A stretch of DNA of 64,000 nt from Candidatus Omnitrophota bacterium (GTDB lineage: Bacteria; Omnitrophota; Gorgyraeia; Zapsychrales; Fredricksoniimonadaceae), in NCBI GenBank assembly GCA_037131245.1, contig JBAXRK010000011.1:16699-80698 (forward strand), written 5' to 3'. The translations under genes were made by a program, and so were the position numbers. Under the pieces are notes generated by a model, which was not told the origin of the DNA, did no database searches, and was given only the letters and a program-made list of their open reading frames with translations. This document shows positions 27,934-37,451 of the stretch, piece by piece. The first letter of the stretch is position 1. Each line of letters starts with the position of its first letter.

Positions 27934-28288
27934 AATAAACCACGTCTGCCTTTTCGGATTCCCACACCCGCACCTTCACCAGCCGCACCGGCGCGATGAG
28001 CGGCTTGTACTCATCGTAAATATATTTCGCCAGATTCTCCGCCGTCGGATTATTGGCCTTGAAAAAATCCAGGTCATTAAGGCAGGCATGGTCGAGCCGG
28101 GAAAGGATGGCTTTCAAATGTTTCTTCATCTCAACGAAATCCGCCATCACGCCAATACCGCTCAACGTGCCACCCGCCACCGTGACCGCCACTTTCCAGG
28201 TATGGCCATGCAGGTTCTTACACTGGCCGTCGTAATCGCGCAAGAAATGCGCGGAAGAAAAATCACTGCGTACCGTGAGTTCAAACAT
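27926..28288 (-). CDS. queD: 6-carboxy-5,6,7,8-tetrahydropterin synthase
   Basis: 120 aa. FSSAHFLRDYDGQCKNLHGHTW...ENLAKYIY, the PTPS/QueD family pattern. Overlaps queC (8 nt) and murI (8 nt). Confidence 0.9.
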   Translation of the reverse strand: MFELTVRSDFSSAHFLRDYDGQCKNLHGHTWKVAVTVAGGTLSGIGVMADFVEMKKHLKAILSRLDHACLNDLDFFKANNPTAENLAKYIYDEYKPLIAPVRLVKVRVWESEKADVVYYE

Positions 28289-29108
28289 GGTCCACCCTCC
28301 TTACATGCGTCAGGTCATGGCCCAGGAAACGCTTGGCCAGCGTGCGAAAATGTTCCGGCTCATCCGAAACGAGAAATTCATGCCGCGGCGCGCGCCTGGC
28401 CTGGCGCGACAAACCCCTCGCCTCCAGCAGCGCCTTGACCTCCCGCGCCGTTTCAGTGGCGGAATCCACCAGCGTCACGTTCTTACCCATCACTTTCTGA
28501 ATGACCGACCGGAGCAAAGGATAATGCGTGCACCCGAGGATCAGCGTGTCCACGCCCTCCCGCCGCACGGGAGCCAGGTATTCCTCCGCCACGCTTTCCG
28601 TCACTTTACCGTCGATCCAACCCTCTTCCACCAGGGGCACGAACAAAGGGCAGGGGCGGGATACCACCTGGGCTTTAGGCCGCAGCTTTTGAATGGTGGC
28701 GGCATACTTGCCGCTGGCTATCGTCGACTGCGTCGCGATAACGCCAATGCGCCCGCTTTTGGAAACCTCAACAGCCCGGCGCGAACCGGGCTCAATAACG
28801 CCGATGACCGGCACCGCGTATTCCTTGCGGATAATCCCCAGGGCCCAACTGGTGGACGTATTGCAGGCGATCACCACCACCTTCACCCCGTATTTCAAAA
28901 GGACATTCATATTATCCTTCGAGAAACGGATAACGGACTCTTTGGATTTCGTTCCGTAGGGGACGCGCGCCGTATCGCCGAAATACACGATCTGCTCATT
29001 AGGCAGAAGGCGCGTGATCTCCTGGGCCACCGTCAGCCCCCCGATACCGGAGTCAAAAACGCCGATCGGGCTATTGAACGCCGCTGACTGATCAAATGCC
29101 TGAGGCAT
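28281..29108 (-). CDS. murI: Glutamate racemase
   Basis: ORF to 29114 (TTG); ATG at 29108. Motifs GVFDSGIGGLTV, IACNTS and LGCTHYPLL. Confidence 0.9.
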   Translation of the reverse strand: MPQAFDQSAAFNSPIGVFDSGIGGLTVAQEITRLLPNEQIVYFGDTARVPYGTKSKESVIRFSKDNMNVLLKYGVKVVVIACNTSTSWALGIIRKEYAVPVIGVIEPGSRRAVEVSKSGRIGVIATQSTIASGKYAATIQKLRPKAQVVSRPCPLFVPLVEEGWIDGKVTESVAEEYLAPVRREGVDTLILGCTHYPLLRSVIQKVMGKNVTLVDSATETAREVKALLEARGLSRQARRAPRHEFLVSDEPEHFRTLAKRFLGHDLTHVRRVDHV

Positions 29109-30129
29109 AAACAAACCTTAATACACTTTTAGTAATGGATTCCGCCAGCCGCTGGCGGAAGGCGCTGTCTTTAAGCAAAGCGGCCTCTTTCGGATTCGTC
29201 ACGAAACCTACTTCTACCAGCACGGCCGGAATAAGCGTATTGCGCAGGACAAAGAACCGCTCCGGCTTGCTGCCCCGGCTCTGGCGCGGCACCGCCTGGG
29301 AAAGGCCCCTGGCCACGGCGTCCGATAAACCCGGTGACACCGACCGTTTATAGGAATAAAGCATATCGGTAACAATGTCCCTCAAATCCGGAATATCACT
29401 GCGCATGTTATAAAGGCTGCATATCTTTTTTTCATTGGCTTTGCGCTGATCTTCCGTCCGGTCATCACGGCTTAACGTGCCGGCATAATAGGCCTCGATC
29501 CCGTTAGCGCCGCGCGTCTTGTTGGCATTGGCGTGGATGCTGATGAACAGGTCAACATCCGGCTGGCTGGCGATCGCCGTACGGTCGGCCAGCGTGACAA
29601 AATCCTCGGTGTCGCGCGTCATCACCACGGTCACGCCGGACTCCTCGAAACTTTTCTTTACCCGACGGGCAATATCAAGGACAACGTCCTTCTCCTTCAA
29701 GCCCGCCACCCCGATCGCGCCAGGGTCTTTACCGCCATGCCCGGCATCGACCACCACTTTCTTGAGCCGCCCCGACTGGATCCCCCGCACATAATCCTCC
29801 TGGGGCTGGGACGAAGGGCCGAACACCGCCCGTTCGAAATCCGGCGGCAGCATAACAGCGCCGCGCTTGCGGTAGAGCGGCGCGCTAAGCGCGATGCGGT
29901 CCTTGCCGACCAGGACCATATCGCTGCCGACCAGGCCCTGGACCTTCTTATCCAGATAGAACATGGTGATCGTCTGCGAAATAGAGTCCCAGCGGCATTC
30001 AATATTGTATTTGCGGCATAATTCCTGCGCCGATACATCGCCCATCGGCCTGGGCAAGCCCGGCTTGGGAACGCTGGCGCAACCGGCAACCAGAAATAAA
30101 CAGAATAATAAGATCAGGGGCCTGGCCAT
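29092..30129 (-). CDS. N-acetylmuramoyl-L-alanine amidase (Amidase_3, lipoprotein)
   Basis: ORF trimmed to ATG 30129 (MARPLILLFCLFLVAGC lipobox). Catalytic domain VVVDAGHGGKDPGAIG...FISIHANA...PAVLVEVGFVTNP. Confidence 0.85.
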   Translation of the reverse strand: MARPLILLFCLFLVAGCASVPKPGLPRPMGDVSAQELCRKYNIECRWDSISQTITMFYLDKKVQGLVGSDMVLVGKDRIALSAPLYRKRGAVMLPPDFERAVFGPSSQPQEDYVRGIQSGRLKKVVVDAGHGGKDPGAIGVAGLKEKDVVLDIARRVKKSFEESGVTVVMTRDTEDFVTLADRTAIASQPDVDLFISIHANANKTRGANGIEAYYAGTLSRDDRTEDQRKANEKKICSLYNMRSDIPDLRDIVTDMLYSYKRSVSPGLSDAVARGLSQAVPRQSRGSKPERFFVLRNTLIPAVLVEVGFVTNPKEAALLKDSAFRQRLAESITKSVLRFVYASGI

Positions 30130-30130
30130 G

Positions 30131-31300
30131 TTATTTTTCCGCCTCCGTCGCCGGGGTCTCAATATCGGGCGCCACCACCTTGGGCGTCAGCATAACCACA
30201 AATTCCTCGCGGCGCATCGAACTATTGTGATAACGGAACGCAAAGCCCAGCAACGGCAGGTCGCCGATGAGCGGGATCTTGCGCTGGGTCAGAACCTGTT
30301 CCGTGGCAATAAGCCCGCCGATAATGATCGACCCGCCTTCCAGCGAACGCACCGTGATGCTGTGCGCTTTGCGCCCCTGGGCCGGCAGGGCCTTGGCCGC
30401 GTGCGCGTCGATCTGCGTCTTAAGCGTCCCGTCCACATCCACCTGGGGTTTGATCCGAAATTCAACCGCCACCCCTTCCGAGGGAGCCGGCTCGGCCGCC
30501 CCTGGAACGACCTCCTCAAGCGTCACGTCCGGCTCGTCAAGATGCACCACCATCTTTACCTCACTGTCGGACATGACCGGCACGTCCGTCACCGGATATT
30601 CCTTGACGATCCCGACGGTGTCAAGCGCCTCGATCAGCGGAATAAAATCGGCCCCTTCGATCGTGCCGATGCTAAGCGATTCGCCCCGGTCTTTTCCTCC
30701 CAGGAAAACACCCTTGCCTTCCAGCTTAAAATTCTGATGGTCTGCCACGATACCCGACCAGTCAACCCCGTCCAAGTGCTCGTCATCAAGCACCACATGC
30801 ACCAGTTTAGCCTCCAGGATGATCTTGCGGCCCCGCGGGTCAAGCGCTTCAACCGCCTTGCGCACCTTTTCCACCACCAGCGGTGTGTCCGTGACCCTGA
30901 TCTTGTTGGCTTTCATATCCGCGTTGATCGTGCCAATACTCTGGGTCAACAAAGAGCGCACATTATCGAGGACCTCATTAGCCCGGCTGAACTTGAGCGG
31001 GATCTCAACCGTTACCGTCTGGATATCCATCTGGCGGATAAGCGCTTCCATGGCCTTGATCCGATCAGGGGTGTCCATCAAGACAACGCTCTGGGCTTCT
31101 TCATTGGCAATAACCTTGCCCTCGGGTCCCTTGATCTGCGTGAGCACCGTGGCCACATCGTAAACCTGGGCAAAATTCACTTTGATGATCTTAACGGCCT
31201 GATCGGCCGGGGCCGAGACGGCCGGGGCCTGGGCCTGAACCTGGGCCGCGGCTAGCAAAAGACCAGCACACATTATAATACTTAAATATAGCTTCTTCAT
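30131..31300 (-). CDS. Compact secretin-family outer-membrane channel (GspD/PilQ-like)
   Basis: About 389 aa from ATG 31300 (MKKLYLSIIMCAGLLLAAAQVQAQA). Two Secretin_N-like repeats are followed by a secretin C-domain ending IPLIGDLPLLGFAFRYHNSSMRREEFVVMLTPKVV. Confidence 0.7.
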   Translation of the reverse strand: MKKLYLSIIMCAGLLLAAAQVQAQAPAVSAPADQAVKIIKVNFAQVYDVATVLTQIKGPEGKVIANEEAQSVVLMDTPDRIKAMEALIRQMDIQTVTVEIPLKFSRANEVLDNVRSLLTQSIGTINADMKANKIRVTDTPLVVEKVRKAVEALDPRGRKIILEAKLVHVVLDDEHLDGVDWSGIVADHQNFKLEGKGVFLGGKDRGESLSIGTIEGADFIPLIEALDTVGIVKEYPVTDVPVMSDSEVKMVVHLDEPDVTLEEVVPGAAEPAPSEGVAVEFRIKPQVDVDGTLKTQIDAHAAKALPAQGRKAHSITVRSLEGGSIIIGGLIATEQVLTQRKIPLIGDLPLLGFAFRYHNSSMRREEFVVMLTPKVVAPDIETPATEAEK

Positions 31301-31345
31301 GGTAGACACATTGTTATTAAAGAGGGCGGGGCTGTCAACCTCTAT

Positions 31346-33094
31346 TCAAACTCTCAGGAACTGCCGGTCCAGAAAGGAAGTTTTCAGCTCAATGAACACC
31401 GGCCGGCCATGAGGACAGGTAAAGGGATCGGCACAAGCCAGTAACCGCTTGAGCTGCTCGCGCGCCTCGTCCCCATGCATGTTCTCACCCGTCATGACCG
31501 AAGCGCGGCAAGCCCGCCGCGCGAGAATATCCTTGTTGGCCAACCCTTTGACCTCATCGGCGATCAGGGAACGAAAAGCGGCTTCCGGCGCTTTGATCAA
31601 CCGGGGATAAGCCTGCAGCGCTACCGCGCCCTCCCCCATCAGCGCCGATTCAAAACCCAACCCGTCAAGCTGCTCTTTCACGCTCTCCCACAACAGGATC
31701 TCGCGGGGCGCCAAGCGGACCACGATAGGCGTGAGCAGGCGCTCCACTTCCATTTTCCCCGATGCCATCTGCGCCGAAAAGAGCTCGAACATGATGCGCT
31801 CCTGGGCGGCATGCTGGTCGACCGCGAACAAGCCGTCACCCTCCTCAAAAAGATGGTACTTGCGGATAAACGTCCCGATGAACCGCGCGCGTGATAAACG
31901 ATCTTTAAGCGTATCATCGCGTTTCGCCGCGACCTGCTCCGTGAACGAAAAGAAATCAGGCGCAGGCGATGCCGCGGACCGCGGCCCGGGGCTAAAAACC
32001 ATGCGCTCCGGCGGAAAACCTGCCGGCTCCGGAGCCACGCCCGGCTCAAACGAAAAAATATCGGCCTTCACTTCCTTCGGCCCGCCCCGGGTCATCAGGG
32101 CCTGCTCAACCGACCGGCGGATCATGCTGCCGACGCGGCCTTCATCCTTGATGCGCACTTCCCGCTTGGCCGGATGGATGTTCACGTCCACTTCGGACGG
32201 CGGGATCTCCAGGAAAAAAACAAAGAAGGGATTAAGCCCCTCAGGCATGATCAGCCGGTAAACATCATTTAAATGGAACAGCAAACCTTTCGACTGGACA
32301 GGACGGCCGTTGACGAACACGAACTGCAGGTCACGCCGGGGCCTGGCAATATTGATATCGCCGAGCAAGGCACTGATCGTGATGTCACCCTGGGTCACGC
32401 GGTCGAGCGTGATGATATGCTCCGCCTTCAAGGCCAGCGCCCGGGCAGCGCGCGGCGCGCCGGTTTCTTCAGGAGGCAGGTCGTAAACCCCGCGGCCATT
32501 GTGCGTCAGAATAAAATGTTTGTCCGGATAGAGCAGCGCGTAAGGCAAGAACACCTGCGCCGTCTGATCAAACTCCGTCGTATCAGATTTAAGGAATTTT
32601 TTACGGGCCGGCGTATTGAAAAATATTTCTTCAACCTTGATATCCGTTCCGGACGAAGGCATGGCCGCCGGGACGGGCGCCTGCTTTTCTCCCCCGCGCA
32701 CCTTGACCTCCCAGGCATCATTGGCACCGGCCGCGCGGCTTTTAAGCGTCAGCTCCGCCACCGAAGAAACGGAATACAAAGCCTCGCCACGAAAGCCCAG
32801 TGAAAGAATACTGTCCAGGTCCTCATTGGTACGGATCTTGCTGGTGGCATGGCGGGCAAATAAACTGTCGAGATCCTCCCGCGCGATGCCCGAGCCATTA
32901 TCCCGGATCTGGATCAATTGCTTCCCGCCACCCGTCAAGTGAACCTCGATCCGCGTCGCCCCGGCATCCAGGCTATTCTCCATCAGCTCCTTGACCACGG
33001 AAGCCGGGCGGTCCACCACCTCACCAGCGGCGATCTTGGCAATGACATCAGCGGGCAGAAGGCGGACTTTAGGCATATTTCCTTTTAAGCTCAT
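31346..33094 (-). CDS. mutL: DNA mismatch repair protein MutL
   Basis: 582 aa. GHKL ATPase N-terminus (IAAGEVVDRPASVVKELMENSLDAGA...GFRGEAL) and a MutL C-terminal dimerisation domain. Confidence 0.92.
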   Translation of the reverse strand: MSLKGNMPKVRLLPADVIAKIAAGEVVDRPASVVKELMENSLDAGATRIEVHLTGGGKQLIQIRDNGSGIAREDLDSLFARHATSKIRTNEDLDSILSLGFRGEALYSVSSVAELTLKSRAAGANDAWEVKVRGGEKQAPVPAAMPSSGTDIKVEEIFFNTPARKKFLKSDTTEFDQTAQVFLPYALLYPDKHFILTHNGRGVYDLPPEETGAPRAARALALKAEHIITLDRVTQGDITISALLGDINIARPRRDLQFVFVNGRPVQSKGLLFHLNDVYRLIMPEGLNPFFVFFLEIPPSEVDVNIHPAKREVRIKDEGRVGSMIRRSVEQALMTRGGPKEVKADIFSFEPGVAPEPAGFPPERMVFSPGPRSAASPAPDFFSFTEQVAAKRDDTLKDRLSRARFIGTFIRKYHLFEEGDGLFAVDQHAAQERIMFELFSAQMASGKMEVERLLTPIVVRLAPREILLWESVKEQLDGLGFESALMGEGAVALQAYPRLIKAPEAAFRSLIADEVKGLANKDILARRACRASVMTGENMHGDEAREQLKRLLACADPFTCPHGRPVFIELKTSFLDRQFLRV

Positions 33095-35609
33095 TGAGTT
33101 TCGATAGCGCCTGCAAGGGCGTCAGATTTTCAATATCGAGCGCGGCCACTTCCTGGCGGAGCTCGTCTTTGTCGGGTTCGACGGGCGCCTTAAAAAGATC
33201 CGGGCCGGCGCCGCGTTCCGGCGACTGGGCCTTTTCCAGCTCAGCTAAGATCGTATTCGCGCGTGTCACCACGCGCCCCGGCATGCCGGCGAGCTTGGCC
33301 ACGTAAATGCCGTAGCTGTCATCGGAGGCGCCGGGCACGATCTGATGGAGAAAGATCACCTTATCTTCCCATTCACGCACCAGGACATTATAATTCTTAA
33401 CACCCGGCAGTTGATCCGACAGGCGCGTCAGTTCATGGAAATGCGTGGCAAAGAACACCCGCGCTTTCTTGCTATGCAAATGCTCAACCAGCGCCCAGGC
33501 CAGGGCCAGACCGTCATAGGTCGATGTGCCGCGGCCGATCTCGTCTAAAATGATCAGGCTGCGGGGGGTCAGATTATTGACAATATCCGCCGCTTCGGTC
33601 ATCTCGACCATGAAGGTGCTCTGCCCTTTACTGATCTCGTCGTGAGCGCCGATGCGGGTAAAGATCTTATCGACCACGCCGATGCGCGCCGACTTGGCCG
33701 GCACAAAACTGCCCATTTGCGCCATCACCGCCAAAAGCGCGTTCTGGCGGATATAGGTGGATTTACCCGCCATGTTGGGGCCTGTCAATATGACCAAATG
33801 GGTATCGGCGCCCAGCCGGGTATCGTTCGGAATAAAGTCGCCGCCCAGAAGCCCCTCCACCACCGGATGACGCCCGGCTTCAATGACCAGCTCGTTACCG
33901 TCCGTCAACTTGGGCCGGACATAACCCTGACGCAACGCCACCGTGGCCAGCGAAACCAGCACATCGACACTCGCGACCTCCCGGCAGTAACGATGCACAT
34001 CGCTCATCAGGTCAAGAATATCACGCGCCAGGCCGCCCATGATCTCGGCTTCCAGCTTCAGCACTTTTTCCTGGGCGGTAAGGATCTTGACCTCGTATTC
34101 CTTGAGCACCGGCGTGATGAACCGCTCGCCGTTAACCAGCGTTTGTTTGCGCTGATAATCCGCCGGTACCGACTTCAAATTAGCATTGGTGATCTCGATG
34201 TAATAGCCGAAGACCCGGTTGAACCCGACCTTCAGCGAATTAATGCCACTGCGGCGCACTTCCTGCGCCTGATAATCCTGCAGCCATTCCAGGCCGTTAT
34301 CCTGCATGTTTTTAAGTTCATCAAGCTCGGCATTGTACCCTTTGCGGATGACCTTGCCCTCGTTCTTGGCCAGCGGCATGTCGGGATTGATGGCCGCCGT
34401 TAATGTCTCACAGAGGCCGGGAACGTCATGCAACGCAAGAAGCTCATTCGCGGCCGATGCTGAGGCAAGCGCCGCGGCCAGGCCCGGCGCGCGAGCAAGC
34501 GCGTTGCGGATCACCAGAAAATCCTTCGGTTGGGCGCAGCCGCAACTAAGGCGCGATAAACTTTTCTCGAGATCGGGCATGTCCTTGAGCCAATGGCCGC
34601 CAAGTTCCGCATGCAGGGCGGGATCATTCTTCAATGATGCAACAGCGTCCAGGCGTTGGTCGATGAGCGTCACGGCTTTTAACGGATGGTACAACCAGGA
34701 CCGGAATAACCGCCGCCCCATCGGCGTGACCGTGCAGTCGAGGGCCTTGAGCAGGCTTTCGAGCTCCAGGCCATAATGCGCGGCCGGTGAAATGAAGACA
34801 TGGCCGATATCATTATACAAAGAGATCCGGTCAAGATGCCTGATCGGCGTTTTGTTCATGTCGCGCAAATACTCCACCAGCGCGCCGGCAGCGGCCTGGG
34901 CCTGAGTAAGCGGTTCGATGCCAAAACCGCGCAGGCTCTGCACGGCAAAATGCTCCAGGAGGACCTTGCGGCCGCGCTCCGGCTCAAAGGACCAGCCGCG
35001 AAAAGCCGACATGGTCACCCCCTTAAGCCGCAGCATCGGATGAGCCAGCAACTTCTTAACTTCGGCCTCTTTATTCTCGGGATAAACACATTCATTGAGC
35101 GGGATCTTGGAAAGGACTTCCAGGACCTGATGCTCACTGACAAATTCATTGGCCTGGATCGCGCCGGTAGCGGTATCGGTGAACGCGATGCCGATCGCTT
35201 TGGGGCCCGGCGCCAGCGTCAGCAAGAAACGCGCTTCGGCGCCTTCATCGAGAAAAGTCCCGGCGGAAATGACCCGGATGACCTCACGGCGGACAATGCC
35301 CTTGGCGGTCGAAGGATCTTCCGTTTGTTCACAGATCGCCACTTTGCGCCCGGCGCGCACCAGGCGGCTGATGTAATTATCGGCGGAATGATACGGGATA
35401 CCGCACATCGGCACCTTGCCGGCGCCGTCGCTGCCGCGGGAGGTCAAAACCAGCTCGAGAATGCGTGAAGCATCCCGGGCATCTTCGTAGAACATTTCGT
35501 AGAAATCACCCAAACGGAAGAATAGGATGCAATCTTGATGGGCGGATTTCGCCTCGGCGTATTGCCGCAGCATGGGCGTGGAGGAACCGGCATTATCCAT
35601 AGCGCGCAT
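33069..35609 (-). CDS. mutS: DNA mismatch repair protein MutS
   Basis: 846 aa. TPMLRQY...FFRLGDFYEMF mismatch-binding N-terminus, Walker A ILTGPNMAGKST and STFMVEM. 26-nt overlap with mutL. Confidence 0.95.
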   Translation of the reverse strand: MRAMDNAGSSTPMLRQYAEAKSAHQDCILFFRLGDFYEMFYEDARDASRILELVLTSRGSDGAGKVPMCGIPYHSADNYISRLVRAGRKVAICEQTEDPSTAKGIVRREVIRVISAGTFLDEGAEARFLLTLAPGPKAIGIAFTDTATGAIQANEFVSEHQVLEVLSKIPLNECVYPENKEAEVKKLLAHPMLRLKGVTMSAFRGWSFEPERGRKVLLEHFAVQSLRGFGIEPLTQAQAAAGALVEYLRDMNKTPIRHLDRISLYNDIGHVFISPAAHYGLELESLLKALDCTVTPMGRRLFRSWLYHPLKAVTLIDQRLDAVASLKNDPALHAELGGHWLKDMPDLEKSLSRLSCGCAQPKDFLVIRNALARAPGLAAALASASAANELLALHDVPGLCETLTAAINPDMPLAKNEGKVIRKGYNAELDELKNMQDNGLEWLQDYQAQEVRRSGINSLKVGFNRVFGYYIEITNANLKSVPADYQRKQTLVNGERFITPVLKEYEVKILTAQEKVLKLEAEIMGGLARDILDLMSDVHRYCREVASVDVLVSLATVALRQGYVRPKLTDGNELVIEAGRHPVVEGLLGGDFIPNDTRLGADTHLVILTGPNMAGKSTYIRQNALLAVMAQMGSFVPAKSARIGVVDKIFTRIGAHDEISKGQSTFMVEMTEAADIVNNLTPRSLIILDEIGRGTSTYDGLALAWALVEHLHSKKARVFFATHFHELTRLSDQLPGVKNYNVLVREWEDKVIFLHQIVPGASDDSYGIYVAKLAGMPGRVVTRANTILAELEKAQSPERGAGPDLFKAPVEPDKDELRQEVAALDIENLTPLQALSKLNELKRKYA

Positions 35610-35633
35610 TATACAAGAAAACAGCGGCTGTCA

Positions 35634-36698
35634 CTATTTTTTAGGAAGCCACGTGAACCGGTCAAAGGCGGGATCATCCTGGGCCTTTCGCAAGTCATCA
35701 TACGAAGGTGAACCTGCCAATGGGTAATAAGGCGGATCATCAAATGAGATGAACGCGGCATTGCGGGCATTAGGATCGGCCAGCACATGGGTAAAATACC
35801 ACGACCAGAAATTGTTCATCGGCGCTTTTTCCTGATCGTGCCCGCCTTCGGCCTGGCCCCAGATCTTTCCTGTCCGGGCCGCCGCGCCGGCCAGCTTGGC
35901 GTAACGGAGGGCGTAATCATCAAACACCGCCGTTTTGTCGTAGAGCGACAAGCCAAGGATATCAACGTGATCATTGCCTGGATAGCGCCCGGCATCGGCC
36001 TCACCGACCTCACAGCCGGCGGTCGCTGTTGAATTAAGGACCGGCTCATATAGATACAGCGCGTTATGCACGCCCTTTGCTTTGAAATATTCGACCAGAT
36101 CGCGGAACAAAGCCCGATACTGTTCTTGAGTCGCATTCGCCGTACCGTACCAGAACCAGCCGCAATCGCCTTCAAAGAACGGAATAAAAACCACCGGGAT
36201 CCCCCGGGACTGCAGATCCTTAAGTACCACCACATAGCCATCGAGCACCGACAGCCAGCGCTCGCGATCCGCCCCGCCGGGAAGCACCCGCGTCACAGGG
36301 TCGCCCGTCACATTCCACAGGCCGTAATACGTTCCGTCAAAATCTTTGCCCGTAGCCGCCGAGGAAACATTCGGGAACCCCGGGCGTATAAAAATGATCG
36401 TCGCGCCATTTTTCCATTTCGAAATGACTTTATCACGCTCCTTATTACTGCCCCAGAAATCAATGTAACGGCCATCCCAGCCCCCGCCGGTCACATAAAA
36501 GGTATTGATCAAGGGTTGCTTTAGTGTCGAGGGAAATTGCGGCACGCCCTGCTGCCAGTACGCCCCCATCAGGATCTCATGGCCCTGCGCGGCTTCCAGC
36601 CTATGGGCGATGGCCTGGGCTTGCGCATTAAGGTCCGGGTCAACGTACGCGAAGGCCGGGGCACAGATCAAAATAAAAGCCAACACCGTTTTCTTCAT
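35634..36698 (-). CDS. Exported GH26-like glycoside hydrolase family protein
   Basis: Trimmed to ATG 36698 (MKKTVLAFILICAPAFA). IPFFEGDCGWFWYG resembles the GH26 HEMNGxWFWWG acid/base motif. A second Glu sits in the context IWGQAEGG. Confidence 0.5.
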   Translation of the reverse strand: MKKTVLAFILICAPAFAYVDPDLNAQAQAIAHRLEAAQGHEILMGAYWQQGVPQFPSTLKQPLINTFYVTGGGWDGRYIDFWGSNKERDKVISKWKNGATIIFIRPGFPNVSSAATGKDFDGTYYGLWNVTGDPVTRVLPGGADRERWLSVLDGYVVVLKDLQSRGIPVVFIPFFEGDCGWFWYGTANATQEQYRALFRDLVEYFKAKGVHNALYLYEPVLNSTATAGCEVGEADAGRYPGNDHVDILGLSLYDKTAVFDDYALRYAKLAGAAARTGKIWGQAEGGHDQEKAPMNNFWSWYFTHVLADPNARNAAFISFDDPPYYPLAGSPSYDDLRKAQDDPAFDRFTWLPKK

Positions 36699-36709
36699 AG
36701 GAAAGCCGA

Positions 36710-37093
36710 TCAATCCCAAACAGCCCGGGAATAGTGTTCGAGGATCGATTTATCCCGGGTCAACAGTGGCGCCTCAGCGGCGGACGCCTGGGCCACGATC
36801 AACCGGTCAAAAGGATCGCGCGTCCAGGATAATACGACCGCTGCCAGCGCGATATCCGTGAACGCGGCTTGACATAAGGCAAGATCCAGATCCTGCTTCA
36901 TCTCCCTCAGGAAGCGCTCCGGCTTGATGTCAACCTTGCCAGCCTCCCTCAGGAACTGGATCTCCAACAGGACCATGGGCGAAATAACCAGCGACGACGC
37001 CTCCAAACGTCGGCGGGCCCGGGCCGGGAAGCGGTCAACCTCGCCGGCATAAAGCCAGACAGCGGCATGCGTGTCTAAATAAAGGGTTTCCAT
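36710..37093 (-). CDS. vapC: PIN-domain toxin (VapC-like)
   Basis: ATG 37093 gives METLYLDTHAAVWLYAG...MVLLEIQFL...RDPFDRLIVAQA. Conserved acidic residues (D, E, D) are in PIN spacing. It overlaps the 3' end of the antitoxin gene. Confidence 0.75.
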   Translation of the reverse strand: METLYLDTHAAVWLYAGEVDRFPARARRRLEASSLVISPMVLLEIQFLREAGKVDIKPERFLREMKQDLDLALCQAAFTDIALAAVVLSWTRDPFDRLIVAQASAAEAPLLTRDKSILEHYSRAVWD

Positions 37094-37302
37094 TTTCCAG
37101 ACCAATCCTGATGCACCAGTTCTTCGGGATCACCCATGATCACGTTGCGCTTCTTAAGGGAAGCCAGGCGCGGCTTCTGCTCCGGGGGAACGACCAAAAA
37201 CGTTTTACCCTTACGGGTGATCTTGACCGGTGTTCCCGTCTGCAATGCCCGGTCAAAAACACGATAAAGATCTTTTCTAAATTGCGTTGCCGTCATGACC
37301 AT
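37075..37302 (-). CDS. Phd/YefM-type antitoxin
   Basis: 75 aa. MVMTATQFRKDLYRVFDRALQTGTPVKITRKGKTFLVVP is typical of a Phd/YefM N-terminus. Strong RBS GAGGTGGAGG upstream. Confidence 0.7.
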   Translation of the reverse strand: MVMTATQFRKDLYRVFDRALQTGTPVKITRKGKTFLVVPPEQKPRLASLKKRNVIMGDPEELVHQDWSGKWKPFI

Positions 37303-37333
37303 AGAATAACCTCCACCTCAAGCATAAAGCGTA

Positions 37334-37366
37334 AAACGTACGCTGTCAATATTATAAACGTACGCT
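37334..37366 (-). promoter_or_regulatory. Putative TA operator: two direct copies of AAACGTACGCT
   Basis: Copies lie at 37334..37344 and 37356..37366, 22 nt apart centre to centre. Each contains the palindrome CGTACG. On the minus strand they flank a TATAAT hexamer 32-64 nt upstream of the antitoxin ATG. Confidence 0.5.
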
Positions 37367-37391
37367 TCTTGTTCCCGCTGCACCGACCGCC

Positions 37392-37421
37392 TTGACATGC
37401 CATCAAAATCAGTGTTATACT
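37392..37421 (+). promoter_or_regulatory. Putative sigma70 promoter of the coiled-coil/pseudopilin operon
   Basis: TTGACA (37392..37397), an 18-nt spacer, then TATACT (37416..37421), about 30 nt upstream of ATG 37452 (GAGGGA RBS). Confidence 0.5.
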
Positions 37422-37451
37422 TCGCTTCACTATAAACCCGAGGGAAAATTT

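Noticed and set aside
28281-28300. preQ1 riboswitch upstream of the queD-queC-queE-queF operon.
   Set aside because: The queD start overlaps the murI stop by 8 nt, so there is no leader in which a riboswitch could sit. The que genes appear to be read through from upstream genes.
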